A DNA stretch of 64,000 nucleotides from an uncultured Gammaproteobacteria bacterium (GCA_964372415.1 CAYJQH010000003.1:24923-88922), one strand, 5' to 3'; positions 21,789-30,799 are shown, numbered from the stretch's first letter. Numbers and translations are program-made. The notes: a model not told the origin generated them from the sequence alone.

Positions 21789-22682
21789 CTATACGCGACG
21801 GAATTGTCGCCAAACAAATAATAAAATGACAACGATTAATCCGCCTACGAGCGCCAAAATACGCCAAGGAAATAGTACCACGTTTGTGGTCTTAAAAATT
21901 ACACTTTGGCCATCGGCTGAAAGCAATTCAAGAGTAGCCGTGTACGGACCAATGTAAATGCCTGAATTAGGTTGCCAATTAATCGTAAATACCCGACTCG
22001 TTCCGCCGGGAATTCGTCGCGGAATTTCAATCAATGGCAAGGCTGCTATATCTTTTCCCCACATGTTTGTAAGCACCACCTGTCCTACAGGCTGTGTGGT
22101 AGCTTGGCCTTGATTTGTTAGAACGGTGATGAATCTTATGGGAAAAGTGCTTGTAAACTTCGGTGTCGCCTCAAAAGACGAAATAGTTAGGTCGGCTTCC
22201 AAAACATCCCCGATGGTCATAAAAAACAAGGCTGCGACTCCTTGCCTAACCGATACGCCGCCGGTTACCTCTGCAGATTTATTTTCTTGTTGGGCAATTA
22301 AGGCCACCGTTACTACTCTGCCTGATGCTTCGCCTTCCGGGCTAATACTTAGATCAATAGCTCTAGTGCTATGTGGTGTAAGTTCAACCCGTTGAGTAGT
22401 CAGTTCAAACCAGTCTTTCATATCTTCCGGAAGTTCAGAAAATACGAGGTCGTCAGCGCTTGATCCGAATTCTACGAGTTGAAGCGATAAATTATACGTC
22501 TCTGTTTGATTGTTTTCGTTTATTAAATGCAAGGTTCTGACCAATTCCGTGCCAGGATCAATTACAACGTCAGTTGCATCTGGATCAAAACGAACTGCGC
22601 TCGCCGTAGTAGTCAAAAAGAAACTTGAGGTTATCCCAAGGATGCACAACAATACTCGAAATTTATTAGTAATTACCGACAA
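21789..22682 (-). CDS. Secreted protein with C-terminal TM anchor (two beta-rich domains), hypothetical
   Basis: N-terminal signal peptide. C-terminal hydrophobic helix plus RQFRRV stop-transfer. The architecture resembles DUF916-type surface-cluster proteins but that could not be confirmed. Confidence 0.5.
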   Translation of the reverse strand: MSVITNKFRVLLCILGITSSFFLTTTASAVRFDPDATDVVIDPGTELVRTLHLINENNQTETYNLSLQLVEFGSSADDLVFSELPEDMKDWFELTTQRVELTPHSTRAIDLSISPEGEASGRVVTVALIAQQENKSAEVTGGVSVRQGVAALFFMTIGDVLEADLTISSFEATPKFTSTFPIRFITVLTNQGQATTQPVGQVVLTNMWGKDIAALPLIEIPRRIPGGTSRVFTINWQPNSGIYIGPYTATLELLSADGQSVIFKTTNVVLFPWRILALVGGLIVVILLFVWRQFRRV

Positions 22683-23571
22683 AAATGAAGGTCAACGAAT
22701 GGGAGTATGAATTACTCTGAATGCCGGAATCAACAGCTGATTTGAGAGTTAAAAAATCACGCGACTTAAAGGATACCGCCGATCGACTGGCGATTTGCTG
22801 AAGCGAGGTGGTAAAAGCAGAGTCTTCTGTATCAAAAGTTGATGAGGCAAGCGTAGTATCTGATGATTTTGCGCCGTATTCTGTACTACCTAACGATACC
22901 GAGCCGTCTGTAACATCACTAATCACGGGTGTGCCAGCGGGTGCCCTGAGTTCGCCATCCTCAAGCACGAACATGCTGTAACCGCTAGGTACGTCAGATG
23001 TCACTTCCCAGCCGATGATTCCAGTACTAGCAGTAGTCGACGATAATGATGAGAGCGGCAGACTAGTACCCGAAAGCTCGTAGACGTAGTCGCTCACGCC
23101 ATCAATCGTTGGACTTGATGAGCCAGTTGTTAAAAAATCGACGATTAATGTTGAGCCGCCAATTGAGGTAATTTTGCCTGTGGCCGAAATTTGACTTAGT
23201 CCCTCGTCCTGGACAATTGCGATGTAATCTCCCGTCGAGTAACCGGAGGTCGAAGTTACGGTTACGGTCGTGCCGGTCAGGGCTGTGGCTCCAACCTGCG
23301 AGTTAAGATCCTGAGAAAACAAGCTGAAGAAGACAGTTGGATCATAAATACCTGAACGAAAACCAGAATCCAAACGATAAGATGCAGATGACGATATACC
23401 AGCAAGACCTGACTCAAGCGAATCTCTAAGTCTGTATGAGCTAGATGAGCTCGTATCTGAGCCGCCTGAATTAAGGGAATCCCACTGAATTTGGTAAGTC
23501 GTTGAAGTCATGCTAGCAAAACCGAAATTTGGAGCAAAAAAAAGCAAACCAACAACAAGCACCGTAGACAT
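22666..23571 (-). CDS. Ser/Thr-rich secreted protein, hypothetical
   Basis: Signal peptide MSTVLVVGLLFFAPNFGFASM. Low-complexity S/T-rich body. First gene of the minus-strand surface operon. Start chosen at Met 23571 rather than ORF start 23637. Confidence 0.45.
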   Translation of the reverse strand: MSTVLVVGLLFFAPNFGFASMTSTTYQIQWDSLNSGGSDTSSSSSYRLRDSLESGLAGISSSASYRLDSGFRSGIYDPTVFFSLFSQDLNSQVGATALTGTTVTVTSTSGYSTGDYIAIVQDEGLSQISATGKITSIGGSTLIVDFLTTGSSSPTIDGVSDYVYELSGTSLPLSSLSSTTASTGIIGWEVTSDVPSGYSMFVLEDGELRAPAGTPVISDVTDGSVSLGSTEYGAKSSDTTLASSTFDTEDSAFTTSLQQIASRSAVSFKSRDFLTLKSAVDSGIQSNSYSHSLTFIFVGNY

Positions 23572-23645
23572 CTTTTTGCCAATATTTACAGGCATAATCT
23601 GCTGAACACAATAAGTCGTCAACCGTCTGTTTAGCAAGCTTTTTT

Positions 23646-23654
23646 GTGGATAAC
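23646..23654. promoter_or_regulatory. Perfect DnaA box (TGTGGATAA) in the AT-rich region upstream of the surface operon
   Basis: Exact 9-mer match to the TTATCCACA complement. Near-matches follow (tgtccacac, taatccaca). Confidence 0.35.
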
Positions 23655-23927
23655 TTTTTAAAAATTTTTTAATTTAATTTGTCCACACTAGCGTAGACAA
23701 ATTCTTTTGCGTTCGTGAGTCGTAAAACATAAAATATTTTTCTTAAAATAGTTTGTTGCCCACATTTAATCCACAGTTTCACATAAAACGTCGCAGCTAA
23801 CGTTAGCATAATTTAAGCAATTAGCAGAAAACTATCAACAGAGTAACGTGGTCACAAACATAAACGTTATTTTTTTGACGATTTTGACGATAACAAATGA
23901 AAAAATCTCATTAAATTGATTAATACG

Positions 23928-23992
23928 AGGCGTGGGGTTGATTTTTTCGAGACGTACTTAATGGTACGCTAAGAAAAAATCGGGCCCCACAA
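23928..23992. repeat. Structured hairpin element, copy 1 of a 3-4 member family abutting tRNA genes
   Basis: Outer stem gtgggg/ccccac, a long stem gattttttc/gaaaaaatc, and inner hairpin cgagaCGTACttaatGGTACG. Related to 24221-24289 and 30478-30550 with compensatory changes. Confidence 0.4.
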
Positions 23993-24022
23993 CACAGTAG
24001 TAAGCAATTTAATCAGATTTTC

Positions 24023-24098
24023 TGGTGGACCTGAGCGGATTCGAACCGCTGACCTCCGCAATGCGAATGCGGCGCTCTACCAACTGAGCCACAGGCCC
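24023..24098 (-). tRNA. tRNA-Ala (anticodon CGC)
   Basis: 76-nt cloverleaf on the minus strand with G3:U70 Ala identity pair and anticodon loop TTCGCAT. T-loop GGTTCGAATCC. Encoded CCA. Confidence 0.85.
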
Positions 24099-24220
24099 GG
24101 GCTGGCTATTAGCTGCTAGCGATTAGCGAGCCATTAGCTTTTAGCAATTAACTAACCACACTGTTTCACATGAAGCGCGGTCCCATATAACCGTTGAAAT
24201 TGAATTAAATAACTTTTATA

Positions 24221-24289
24221 CAAGGCGCGGGAAGTCGAGGTTGAGGCGTAGTTAATACTACGGTGAGGCCGAGACAGGGACCCGCAACG
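24221..24289. repeat. Structured hairpin element, copy 2
   Basis: caaggcgcgggaagtcgaggttgaggCGTAGTtaatACTACGGTGAGGCCGAGacagggacccgc. Shares the 17-nt core ACTACGGTGAGGCCGAG with the copy at 30478-30550. Outer stem gcggg/cccgc. Confidence 0.45.
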
Positions 24290-24316
24290 AAGTATAAAAT
24301 TATTTAAATCGGTTTC

Positions 24317-24392
24317 TGGTGCCCCCACCCGGAGTTGAACCAGGATCAAGGGCTTAGGACGCCCCCGTTCTATCCAATTGAACTATGGGGAC
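24317..24392 (-). tRNA. tRNA-Arg (anticodon CCT)
   Basis: 76-nt cloverleaf on the minus strand. Anticodon loop GTCCTAA. T-arm CCTGG-TTCAACT-CCGGG. Encoded CCA. Confidence 0.75.
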
Positions 24393-24400
24393 AAAACACA

Positions 24401-24435
24401 CCCAAGTTTGGCCACCTTCGTCGTCGTTCGCTCCG
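24401..24435 (-). promoter_or_regulatory. Conserved ~35-nt leader block immediately 5' of tRNA-Arg(CCT)
   Basis: cccaagtttggccaccttcgtcgtcgttcgctccg matches ccaagtttggccatcttcgtcgtcgttcgctccg (30815-30848) 5' of tRNA-Arg(TCT). Weaker homology (cttactcg...ctag) extends about 60 nt further upstream in both copies. Confidence 0.4.
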
Positions 24436-24592
24436 CACGACATCAACGCAAATTTTTTACGCTTACTCGTGATCACTTACGCCTAGATTATGAGTCGTAA
24501 AACAATAATGTGATCTGTGTTATACTTTACAGTACGACCAGGCAGATTGTAATAAAAATTTACGAGCCGGTCAAAGAATAAAACAGTTGAAT

Positions 24593-25708
24593 ATGAGCAC
24601 GGAGCTTCTCGCGGTCATGGTGTCACTCGTTACTGCGATTCTCGTAGTACTAGTACTCATCAAAGTACGTCACACCTCTGCCCAAGTGTCGTCAAACGAT
24701 ACCATTCGTCATCTCTCAGAGCTCCGACAAGAACTTCAACGATTGCAACACGAGCATAGTCAGGAGATGCAGTCACAACTTACGCGAGTCAATGATCAGG
24801 TGTACCGGGGTTTAAGCGATTCCCAAAAGGCGATGCAGACGCAATTCGCTCACACCTCAAAAATTATTGAGGACATCACTCAAAAACTCACTACACTCGA
24901 TGCCACCAACAAACAAGTGCTGGATTTTTCCTCACAGCTTAAAAGTCTTCAAGACGTTCTCAAAAACCCAAAACAACGGGGAGTGCTAGGTGAGTATTGG
25001 CTCGAAACCCTGTTACAAAATATTTTGCCTCCAGCCTCGTACGCCATGCAGTATCGCCTTGGCAAACATGACACAACAAACAAAGATCTTATCGCTGATG
25101 CTGTAATCTTTGTTCGCGAGCTGATTGTGCCGATTGATGCCAAATTTAGTTTGGAAAATTACAATCGAGCAATCGGTGAACAGAATCCCGAAAGACGCGA
25201 AGAGCTTGAAAGGCAACTAAAAGCCGACGTAAAGATACGAATCGATGAAACATCAAAGTATATCCAACCACAACAGGGAACACTGGATTTTGCTTTCATG
25301 TTTATCCCCGCAGAAGGTGTTTATTACAATCTTTTGAACGCCGAGGTGGGCAGCGGAGTCAACAGTCAAAACTTGATTGAATACGCCTTCTCAAAAAAAG
25401 TAATGATCGTTTCTCCAACCTCACTTTTTGCATATCTACAAACCGTAATCTTGGGGTTAAATAATCTTCAAATCGAAAAAAACGCACAGGAAATTCAAAA
25501 AAATGTTGCAGAGCTTGGCAAGCATTTGCGTTCTTTTTTTGAATATCACAGTAAAGTGGGGAAGAATCTTGCAACGACAGTCAATCAATATAACGTCGCC
25601 TCAGGTGAATTTAAAAAAATCAGTAAGGACGTGGTAAGGATTACCGATGGCAATAAAGATGAAATTATCGAGATTGAGATTGTCGAAAAACCGACATTAA
25701 TTGAATAG
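24593..25708 (+). CDS. rmuC: DNA recombination protein RmuC
   Basis: N-terminal TM helix, long coiled coil, and C-terminal RmuC nuclease-like domain (DAVIFVRELIVPIDAKFSLENY...). ATG at 24593. The longest ORF begins TTG 24587. Confidence 0.8.
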   Translation: MSTELLAVMVSLVTAILVVLVLIKVRHTSAQVSSNDTIRHLSELRQELQRLQHEHSQEMQSQLTRVNDQVYRGLSDSQKAMQTQFAHTSKIIEDITQKLTTLDATNKQVLDFSSQLKSLQDVLKNPKQRGVLGEYWLETLLQNILPPASYAMQYRLGKHDTTNKDLIADAVIFVRELIVPIDAKFSLENYNRAIGEQNPERREELERQLKADVKIRIDETSKYIQPQQGTLDFAFMFIPAEGVYYNLLNAEVGSGVNSQNLIEYAFSKKVMIVSPTSLFAYLQTVILGLNNLQIEKNAQEIQKNVAELGKHLRSFFEYHSKVGKNLATTVNQYNVASGEFKKISKDVVRITDGNKDEIIEIEIVEKPTLIE

Positions 25709-25720
25709 GCGCAGAGATAA

Positions 25721-25757
25721 AAAAACGCCCCTTAGCATTTGTTCGGGGCGTTTTTTT
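25721..25757. terminator. Bidirectional intrinsic terminator between rmuC and rpsT
   Basis: aaaaaCGCCCCttagcatttgttcGGGGCGttttttt. Confidence 0.7.
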
Positions 25758-26022
25758 ACTTCGTTGCTTTGTTTAGACGAATGGCCGTGCGGCTTTTTAT
25801 ACGAGAGGCGGCATTTTTCTTAATAACTCCTTTAGTTACCGCTTTATCAAGAGTCTTGCCGAGGTCGCGGATAAGCGTTTTAGCTTCATCAAGCTTTTTA
25901 GCGTCGAGCAGTTTTCGGAAATTACGGCGCATGTAGGCAATGCTTTCATGTACCTTGATATTGCGCGCGGCTCTAACGTTACTTTGACGGAGAGCCTTTT
26001 TGGCATTTTGGAGAATTGGCAT
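25756..26022 (-). CDS. rpsT: 30S ribosomal protein S20
   Basis: 88-aa highly basic helical protein MPILQNAKKALRQSNVRAARN.. typical of S20. Confidence 0.9.
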   Translation of the reverse strand: MPILQNAKKALRQSNVRAARNIKVHESIAYMRRNFRKLLDAKKLDEAKTLIRDLGKTLDKAVTKGVIKKNAASRIKSRTAIRLNKATK

Positions 26023-26052
26023 AGCGTAATTGGCAATAAAGATAGCGCTAAC

Positions 26053-27027
26053 CTAGCGACGTGTCAAGATCGCAGCCACCAGGCGATCAACCGCCAGCTC
26101 AGGGGCCAAACCCGATTTTGCCGCTTTATCAAGGTCAAAAGCCAAGGCGTGGAGATCTAGTAGCTGCTCGCGTTGCCAACTGCGAGCCTCACCAAGAATC
26201 TTTTGCGCCACGTACGGATGCAGCCCAAGTGCCGTCGCGAGCTCGTTTTTGGTCACTCCAGCCTTACTGTCCATAACGTCCCGCGCCTCGAGAAGCAAAC
26301 GAATTTGCCTGACTAGCATACCGAATAGCTGGAACTCTCCGGTACCGGCACGCCGCTCATCAGATAATTTAGCCAGCGCTTTGGCATTACCCTTGGCGGA
26401 CAATGCATCAAGAAAAGCGAAAATGTTCTCCTCAACATCGCGTGCCACCAAGTCCTGAATCATCGCTTCATTCACTCCAGCGCCATTAGCGTAGGCGGCG
26501 AGCTTCTGCAGCTCGGCATCAAGTCGCCAAGTGTCGTAACTAACGCGTTCGGCCAGCTTGTTAAGTAGTGCTGGGGAGATAACTACTCCCTGAAGGCGCG
26601 TGCGTTCTGCCGCCCAGGAACTGAAGGCGCTTCCTTCGAGGGGAAGAAGAGGGTAAACATGAACATCTGGAGCGGCTGTGATAATTTTGTAAACTTCTTG
26701 CTTTACAAATTTTGCAGATTCGACGATTTCGACAAAAATCGCAATCGTTGAGCTTGGCACTGACAATAAAATTTCTTTCCACAGGGCGGCATCAGCCTTT
26801 TTAAGGCCCGAAAGGAGCCCCCGCACCACCACCATTCTTTTTTCCGCCAGAAATGGCGAGGACTGCAGAGCGCCAGTAACCATTCCTCGCTCGGTTTGTC
26901 CGTTTTCATAAGAAAAATCATCCAAATTCATGCCGGTTGGATCAAATTTCTCTTTAAATTTAAGCTTCATGTCGGCGACTCGTTCCTTAACCCGCAATGC
27001 ATCGCTGCCATAAATTAGAATCAACAT
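26053..27027 (-). CDS. holA: DNA polymerase III delta subunit
   Basis: 324-aa clamp-loader delta-like sequence (MLILIYGSDALRVKERV..., AAA+-like fold without a P-loop, C-terminal helical domain). Confidence 0.75.
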   Translation of the reverse strand: MLILIYGSDALRVKERVADMKLKFKEKFDPTGMNLDDFSYENGQTERGMVTGALQSSPFLAEKRMVVVRGLLSGLKKADAALWKEILLSVPSSTIAIFVEIVESAKFVKQEVYKIITAAPDVHVYPLLPLEGSAFSSWAAERTRLQGVVISPALLNKLAERVSYDTWRLDAELQKLAAYANGAGVNEAMIQDLVARDVEENIFAFLDALSAKGNAKALAKLSDERRAGTGEFQLFGMLVRQIRLLLEARDVMDSKAGVTKNELATALGLHPYVAQKILGEARSWQREQLLDLHALAFDLDKAAKSGLAPELAVDRLVAAILTRR

Positions 27028-27126
27028 AGCTTATGTATGTTACGGGGTATCGCTTGGCATAACAAGACAATATTGAGTACTGTAGTATCTGGCAATACTC
27101 GAGATTCTACCCGCCCAGGGGGCACA

Positions 27127-27690
27127 ATGAACCTCCATCCCATCATTTTGGTTCTTGGACCAACGGCCGTCGGCAAAAGAAGCATTCTCGAGCATGCTCT
27201 AGAACACAAGCCACGGCTGAAAGTGATACCAACCTTTACGACGCGTGCGCCACGCGAGGAGGAGAAAAAAGAATCGCTCTGGTACAAATTCGTCAGTCGA
27301 AAAGTCGCCAAGCGTCTCATCGAAAGCGGCCAAGCCATCAACTGGATCGAAGATGATGGAGATTGTTACGGCCAGGCGAAAGACGATATCGACCACGTGT
27401 TAAGGAACTACCTGGGAGTCCTCATCGTGAGCGAAGCGGCGATTGTAAATTTTAGGCGCGCCCACTATCGAGTGGTGACCGTAAACGTCACCGCCGAAGG
27501 GCAGCCCGAGCTCACTCGGGATCGTACCCCCTGCGAGGAGAAAGGACTTCGACAGGGAAGCGTGCGTTACGATCACAACATCATCAACGTCTTCGACCCG
27601 CAAGAACCCGGGGCCCACTTCGAGTGCGCGGTCCAAGAGTTCTGCAGCATTGTGCGCAAAAACATCATGCGCCACAGCCTCCCATCCTAG
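27127..27690 (+). CDS. Guanylate kinase-like P-loop protein (divergent)
   Basis: P-loop LGPTAVGKRS and FTTRAPREEE (compare Gmk TTRxPRxGE). The rest is divergent. Confidence 0.5.
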   Translation: MNLHPIILVLGPTAVGKRSILEHALEHKPRLKVIPTFTTRAPREEEKKESLWYKFVSRKVAKRLIESGQAINWIEDDGDCYGQAKDDIDHVLRNYLGVLIVSEAAIVNFRRAHYRVVTVNVTAEGQPELTRDRTPCEEKGLRQGSVRYDHNIINVFDPQEPGAHFECAVQEFCSIVRKNIMRHSLPS

Positions 27691-27710
27691 TGATGGGATT
27701 TAATTTTTAG

Positions 27711-30452
27711 TTATTTCATCTCTCCCCAACGTTTTGCGGAGACTATATCAACCACCAAGGGAACCGAAAGATCGATCACCGAACTCATAATCTTCGGAAC
27801 TTCTCGTTTTACCTTTGCTACATCCTTTTCCTTTACCTCAAAGACCAGCTCGTCATGTACCTGGAGAAGCATTGCGCCATCAATTTTTTCTTTCTTTATC
27901 CAATCGTCAATCAAAATCATTGCTTTTTTTAAAATATCAGCTTGTGTGCCCTGGACAGGCATATTAATAGCCATGCGTTCAGCAGCCGCAACGAGCTGGG
28001 GAACTCCAGAATTGATGTCCGGAAGGTAACGACGTCGGCCAAAGAGGGTTTCAACATATCCGTCAGTTCGAGCCTTGAGCTTCATGGCATCCATGTAAGC
28101 GCGAAGTGGTTCGTGGACCTCAAAATAACGCTCAATAAACTGTCGCGCTTCTTCAAATGGCATTTTCGTGGCACGAGCGAGTGATCGAGCACCAACGCCA
28201 TAGAGGATGCTGAAGTTAATTGCCTTAGCAGCGGCGCGTTGATCCTTTGTAACTTTGTCTTCTGGCACGCCCCAAACGTCGGCTGCCGTGCGACGGTGAA
28301 TATCGGCGCCGTCTTTAAAGGCCTGGATAAAGACCTTATCTTGAGCAATGTGAGCAGCCAAGCGCAGTTCGATTTGCGAGTAGTCGGCTGAGACAAGTTC
28401 GAATCCTTTTTCAGCCACAAAGGCATTACGAATTTCGCGCCCGAGGTCAGAACGAATGGGCAGGTTCTGCAAATTTGGATTAATTGACGACAAACGACCT
28501 GTGGCGGCAATCGTTTGATTGAAGGTTGTGTGAATGCGACCGTCAGAGGCGACAAGAGAGGGTAGAGGATCAGCGTAGGTTGACTTCAATTTAGCAATTT
28601 CTCGGTATTCTTCGATGAACTCAATGACTGGGTGCGCTTCAGCAAGCTTTTCGAGCTCAGGAGCGGCTGTCGAGAAACTATTTTTTGTCTTCTTAATGCC
28701 CTTTGTTGGGAGTCCGAGCTTCGTAAATAGAACCTCAGCCAGCTGAGAGGGAGAATTGATGTTAAATTCTTTGCCCGCAGCTTTGTAGATTTTCTTCGTC
28801 AGGATATCGAGGCTTTTGGCAAAGCTTTCCGAAAGTGTGCTGAGCTTCTTTTTATCAACGAGGATCCCTTTATGCTCCATGCTAAACAATACGGGGATGA
28901 GCGGCAGCTCAATTTTCTCGTAAAGTTCAGTCATTTTGTCTTTTTCCAGGCGCTCATTGAGCTTATCGGCCAAGCTTAAGATGAGTGGCGCCTGCTCAGC
29001 CGGGGACTCCGGGAGTGTCTGGTGAGCCCCGAGAACGTCGCTCACGACCGCCCCAAGATCGTATTCGCGATTGCCAGGTGAAATAAGGTATGAGGCAATC
29101 ATCGTGTCCTCGAACTTGATCTTACAAAGATCATCGGCACACTCCGCGTTGAGCGTGGCGAGGGCATGCATCGCTGCTTTGGCGTCGTGTGCGACAACAG
29201 AACGGCTCTTCGTGAGAAATTCGATGACGGGTTGAGCCGTTTTCTTGTCAGGGTGCTCAAGCAGGAAGGTGTTCGTGCCGTCGGAGACCGCGATGGCAGT
29301 AATATTGCCACCAAAAAGATCTCGCGACTTACTCACGACAACAAGGGAACAGCGTCGGGGGAGAATGTCGTCAAGCTTTTCAGCAAAAGCCGTCTTGGTT
29401 TTCTTCTTTTCCCTCACCTTCGTTCGGGACAAGCTTTCCTCTTTACTCTTTCCTCCTTCCTCTTCGGGCTTGGCTTCGTATTTTTTGAGCAACGCCTTAA
29501 ATTCGAGCTCTCGGAACAGGGAGACGAGATCTTTGACATGCGGCTCGCGAGTTGCCGCAAGCTTCATGTCGAACTCCTTAAGCGGAACATCACGAACAAT
29601 CGTCACGAGCTTTCGCATCTGAGCTGCATGCGCTTCCTGGCCGGTAAACTTTTTGACGAATTTTTCAGGCAACGACCCTTTTTTCAAGGCTTTAAAAATC
29701 TCCTCGACCGATCCGTAGTTAGCAAGAAGCTCAGCCGCTCCTTTTTCACCGATTCCTGGGACTCCTGGCAGGTTATCCGAGGTATCGCCAACCAGCGTTT
29801 TGAGCTCAATAAGTTGCTTTGGTGAAAGGTTGTAGCGTTCTTTGATAGCGGCTTCGTCGTAAATCTTTACTTCTGAGAGTCCGCGCACAAAAAAGACCAC
29901 CTTTGTGTCTGGACTCACAAGCTGCAGCGTATCGAGATCGCCGGTGACGATGATGGTATCGATATTGCCGTGTTTTTCATTCTTGGTAGCAACTGTACCG
30001 ATGATGTCATCAGCCTCGTATCCCTTAGCCGAGAGGGAAGGGATGCCATAGGCCGTCAAAATATTTTGGATAATTGGAATCTGAGCGTAAAGTTCATCGG
30101 CTTTTTTCTCACGCGTTGCCTTGTACTCTTTGTAATCGTCATGACGAAAGGTTGGCCCAGCTAAATCCCAGGCTACCACCATGTAGTCAGGCTTAAACGT
30201 TGCTCGCATCTTCTCGACGACGTTAGTAAAACCGTATGCCGCATTGACGACGAGCCCGCTCTTCGTGGTAAGGGGAGGGATTGCATGCCAAGCACGATGC
30301 AACAATGCATTTCCGTCTAAAACAATGTATCTTTTTTGATCAGGCATAGTTGCTGGCATTGTACTTGGACAGTTGCAATATTCCAATTTTTCTGCTACAT
30401 TACCTCGGCAAAACTTGTTGTTTTCGCTATACATGCAGGCAGTAATAAACAC
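27711..30452 (-). CDS. polA: DNA polymerase I
   Basis: 913 aa. N-terminal 5'-3' exonuclease (YIVLDGNALLHRAWHA...), central 3'-5' exo-like domain, C-terminal family A polymerase (..LLQVHDELVFEV..). Confidence 0.9.
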   Translation of the reverse strand: MFITACMYSENNKFCRGNVAEKLEYCNCPSTMPATMPDQKRYIVLDGNALLHRAWHAIPPLTTKSGLVVNAAYGFTNVVEKMRATFKPDYMVVAWDLAGPTFRHDDYKEYKATREKKADELYAQIPIIQNILTAYGIPSLSAKGYEADDIIGTVATKNEKHGNIDTIIVTGDLDTLQLVSPDTKVVFFVRGLSEVKIYDEAAIKERYNLSPKQLIELKTLVGDTSDNLPGVPGIGEKGAAELLANYGSVEEIFKALKKGSLPEKFVKKFTGQEAHAAQMRKLVTIVRDVPLKEFDMKLAATREPHVKDLVSLFRELEFKALLKKYEAKPEEEGGKSKEESLSRTKVREKKKTKTAFAEKLDDILPRRCSLVVVSKSRDLFGGNITAIAVSDGTNTFLLEHPDKKTAQPVIEFLTKSRSVVAHDAKAAMHALATLNAECADDLCKIKFEDTMIASYLISPGNREYDLGAVVSDVLGAHQTLPESPAEQAPLILSLADKLNERLEKDKMTELYEKIELPLIPVLFSMEHKGILVDKKKLSTLSESFAKSLDILTKKIYKAAGKEFNINSPSQLAEVLFTKLGLPTKGIKKTKNSFSTAAPELEKLAEAHPVIEFIEEYREIAKLKSTYADPLPSLVASDGRIHTTFNQTIAATGRLSSINPNLQNLPIRSDLGREIRNAFVAEKGFELVSADYSQIELRLAAHIAQDKVFIQAFKDGADIHRRTAADVWGVPEDKVTKDQRAAAKAINFSILYGVGARSLARATKMPFEEARQFIERYFEVHEPLRAYMDAMKLKARTDGYVETLFGRRRYLPDINSGVPQLVAAAERMAINMPVQGTQADILKKAMILIDDWIKKEKIDGAMLLQVHDELVFEVKEKDVAKVKREVPKIMSSVIDLSVPLVVDIVSAKRWGEMK

Positions 30453-30477
30453 GCGAGCGTATTAAAATGGCGAAATG

Positions 30478-30550
30478 CAAGGAATGTGGAAGACGGGGCC
30501 GAGACGTAGTAGAACTACGGTGAGGCCGAGTCGGCCCCATGACGCAGCAG
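30478..30550. repeat. Structured hairpin element, copy 3, immediately left of tRNA-His
   Basis: caaggaatgtggaagacGGGGCCGAgaCGTAGTagaACTACGGTGAGGCCGAGTCGGCCCCatgacg. Outer stem ggggccga/tcggcccc. Inner hairpin and 17-nt core identical to the copy at 24221-24289. Confidence 0.45.
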
Positions 30551-30578
30551 ATCGAAATTTTAATAGCAAGCGGTACAT

Positions 30579-30653
30579 GGCGGCTATAGCTCAATGGTAG
30601 AGCACCGGGTTGTGGTCCCGGCTACACGGGTTCGATCCCCGTTAGTCGCCCCA
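30579..30653 (+). tRNA. tRNA-His (anticodon GTG) with encoded G-1
   Basis: Extra 5' G pairing with C73 discriminator. Anticodon loop TTGTGGT. T-loop GGTTCGATCC. Encoded CCA. Confidence 0.85.
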
Positions 30654-30655
30654 GA

Positions 30656-30686
30656 AGAAACTCCCGAGCACGGGAGTTTTTTCTTT
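30656..30686. terminator. Bidirectional intrinsic terminator shared by convergent tRNA-His and tRNA-Arg(TCT)
   Basis: gaaACTCCCGagcaCGGGAGTtttttcttt. Confidence 0.65.
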
Positions 30687-30722
30687 GCAACATAAAACCC
30701 TCGCTTTCGCGAGAGTTGTATG

Positions 30723-30799
30723 TGGTACCCCGGGCAGGAATCGAACCTGCGACCTTGAGCTTAGAAGTCTCCTGCTCTATCCAACTGAGCTACCGGGGC
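30723..30799 (-). tRNA. tRNA-Arg (anticodon TCT); anticodon stem has two non-canonical pairs
   Basis: 77-nt cloverleaf on the minus strand. Good acceptor, D and T arms (GCAGG-TTCGATT-CCTGC). Anticodon loop CTTCTAA. The anticodon stem GGAGA/GCTCA forms only 3 Watson-Crick pairs. Confidence 0.65.

Noticed and set aside
28082-29825. ORFs of 157, 219 and 125 aa inside polA (both strands), and 35811-36380 / 35941-36249 inside pnp
   Set aside because: They are embedded in, and out of frame with or antisense to, well-supported long conserved genes.
30474-30608. ATG-initiated small ORF (about 44 aa) running from the structured element into tRNA-His
   Set aside because: It overlaps a tRNA and a conserved hairpin. 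There is no RBS. It is almost certainly non-coding.
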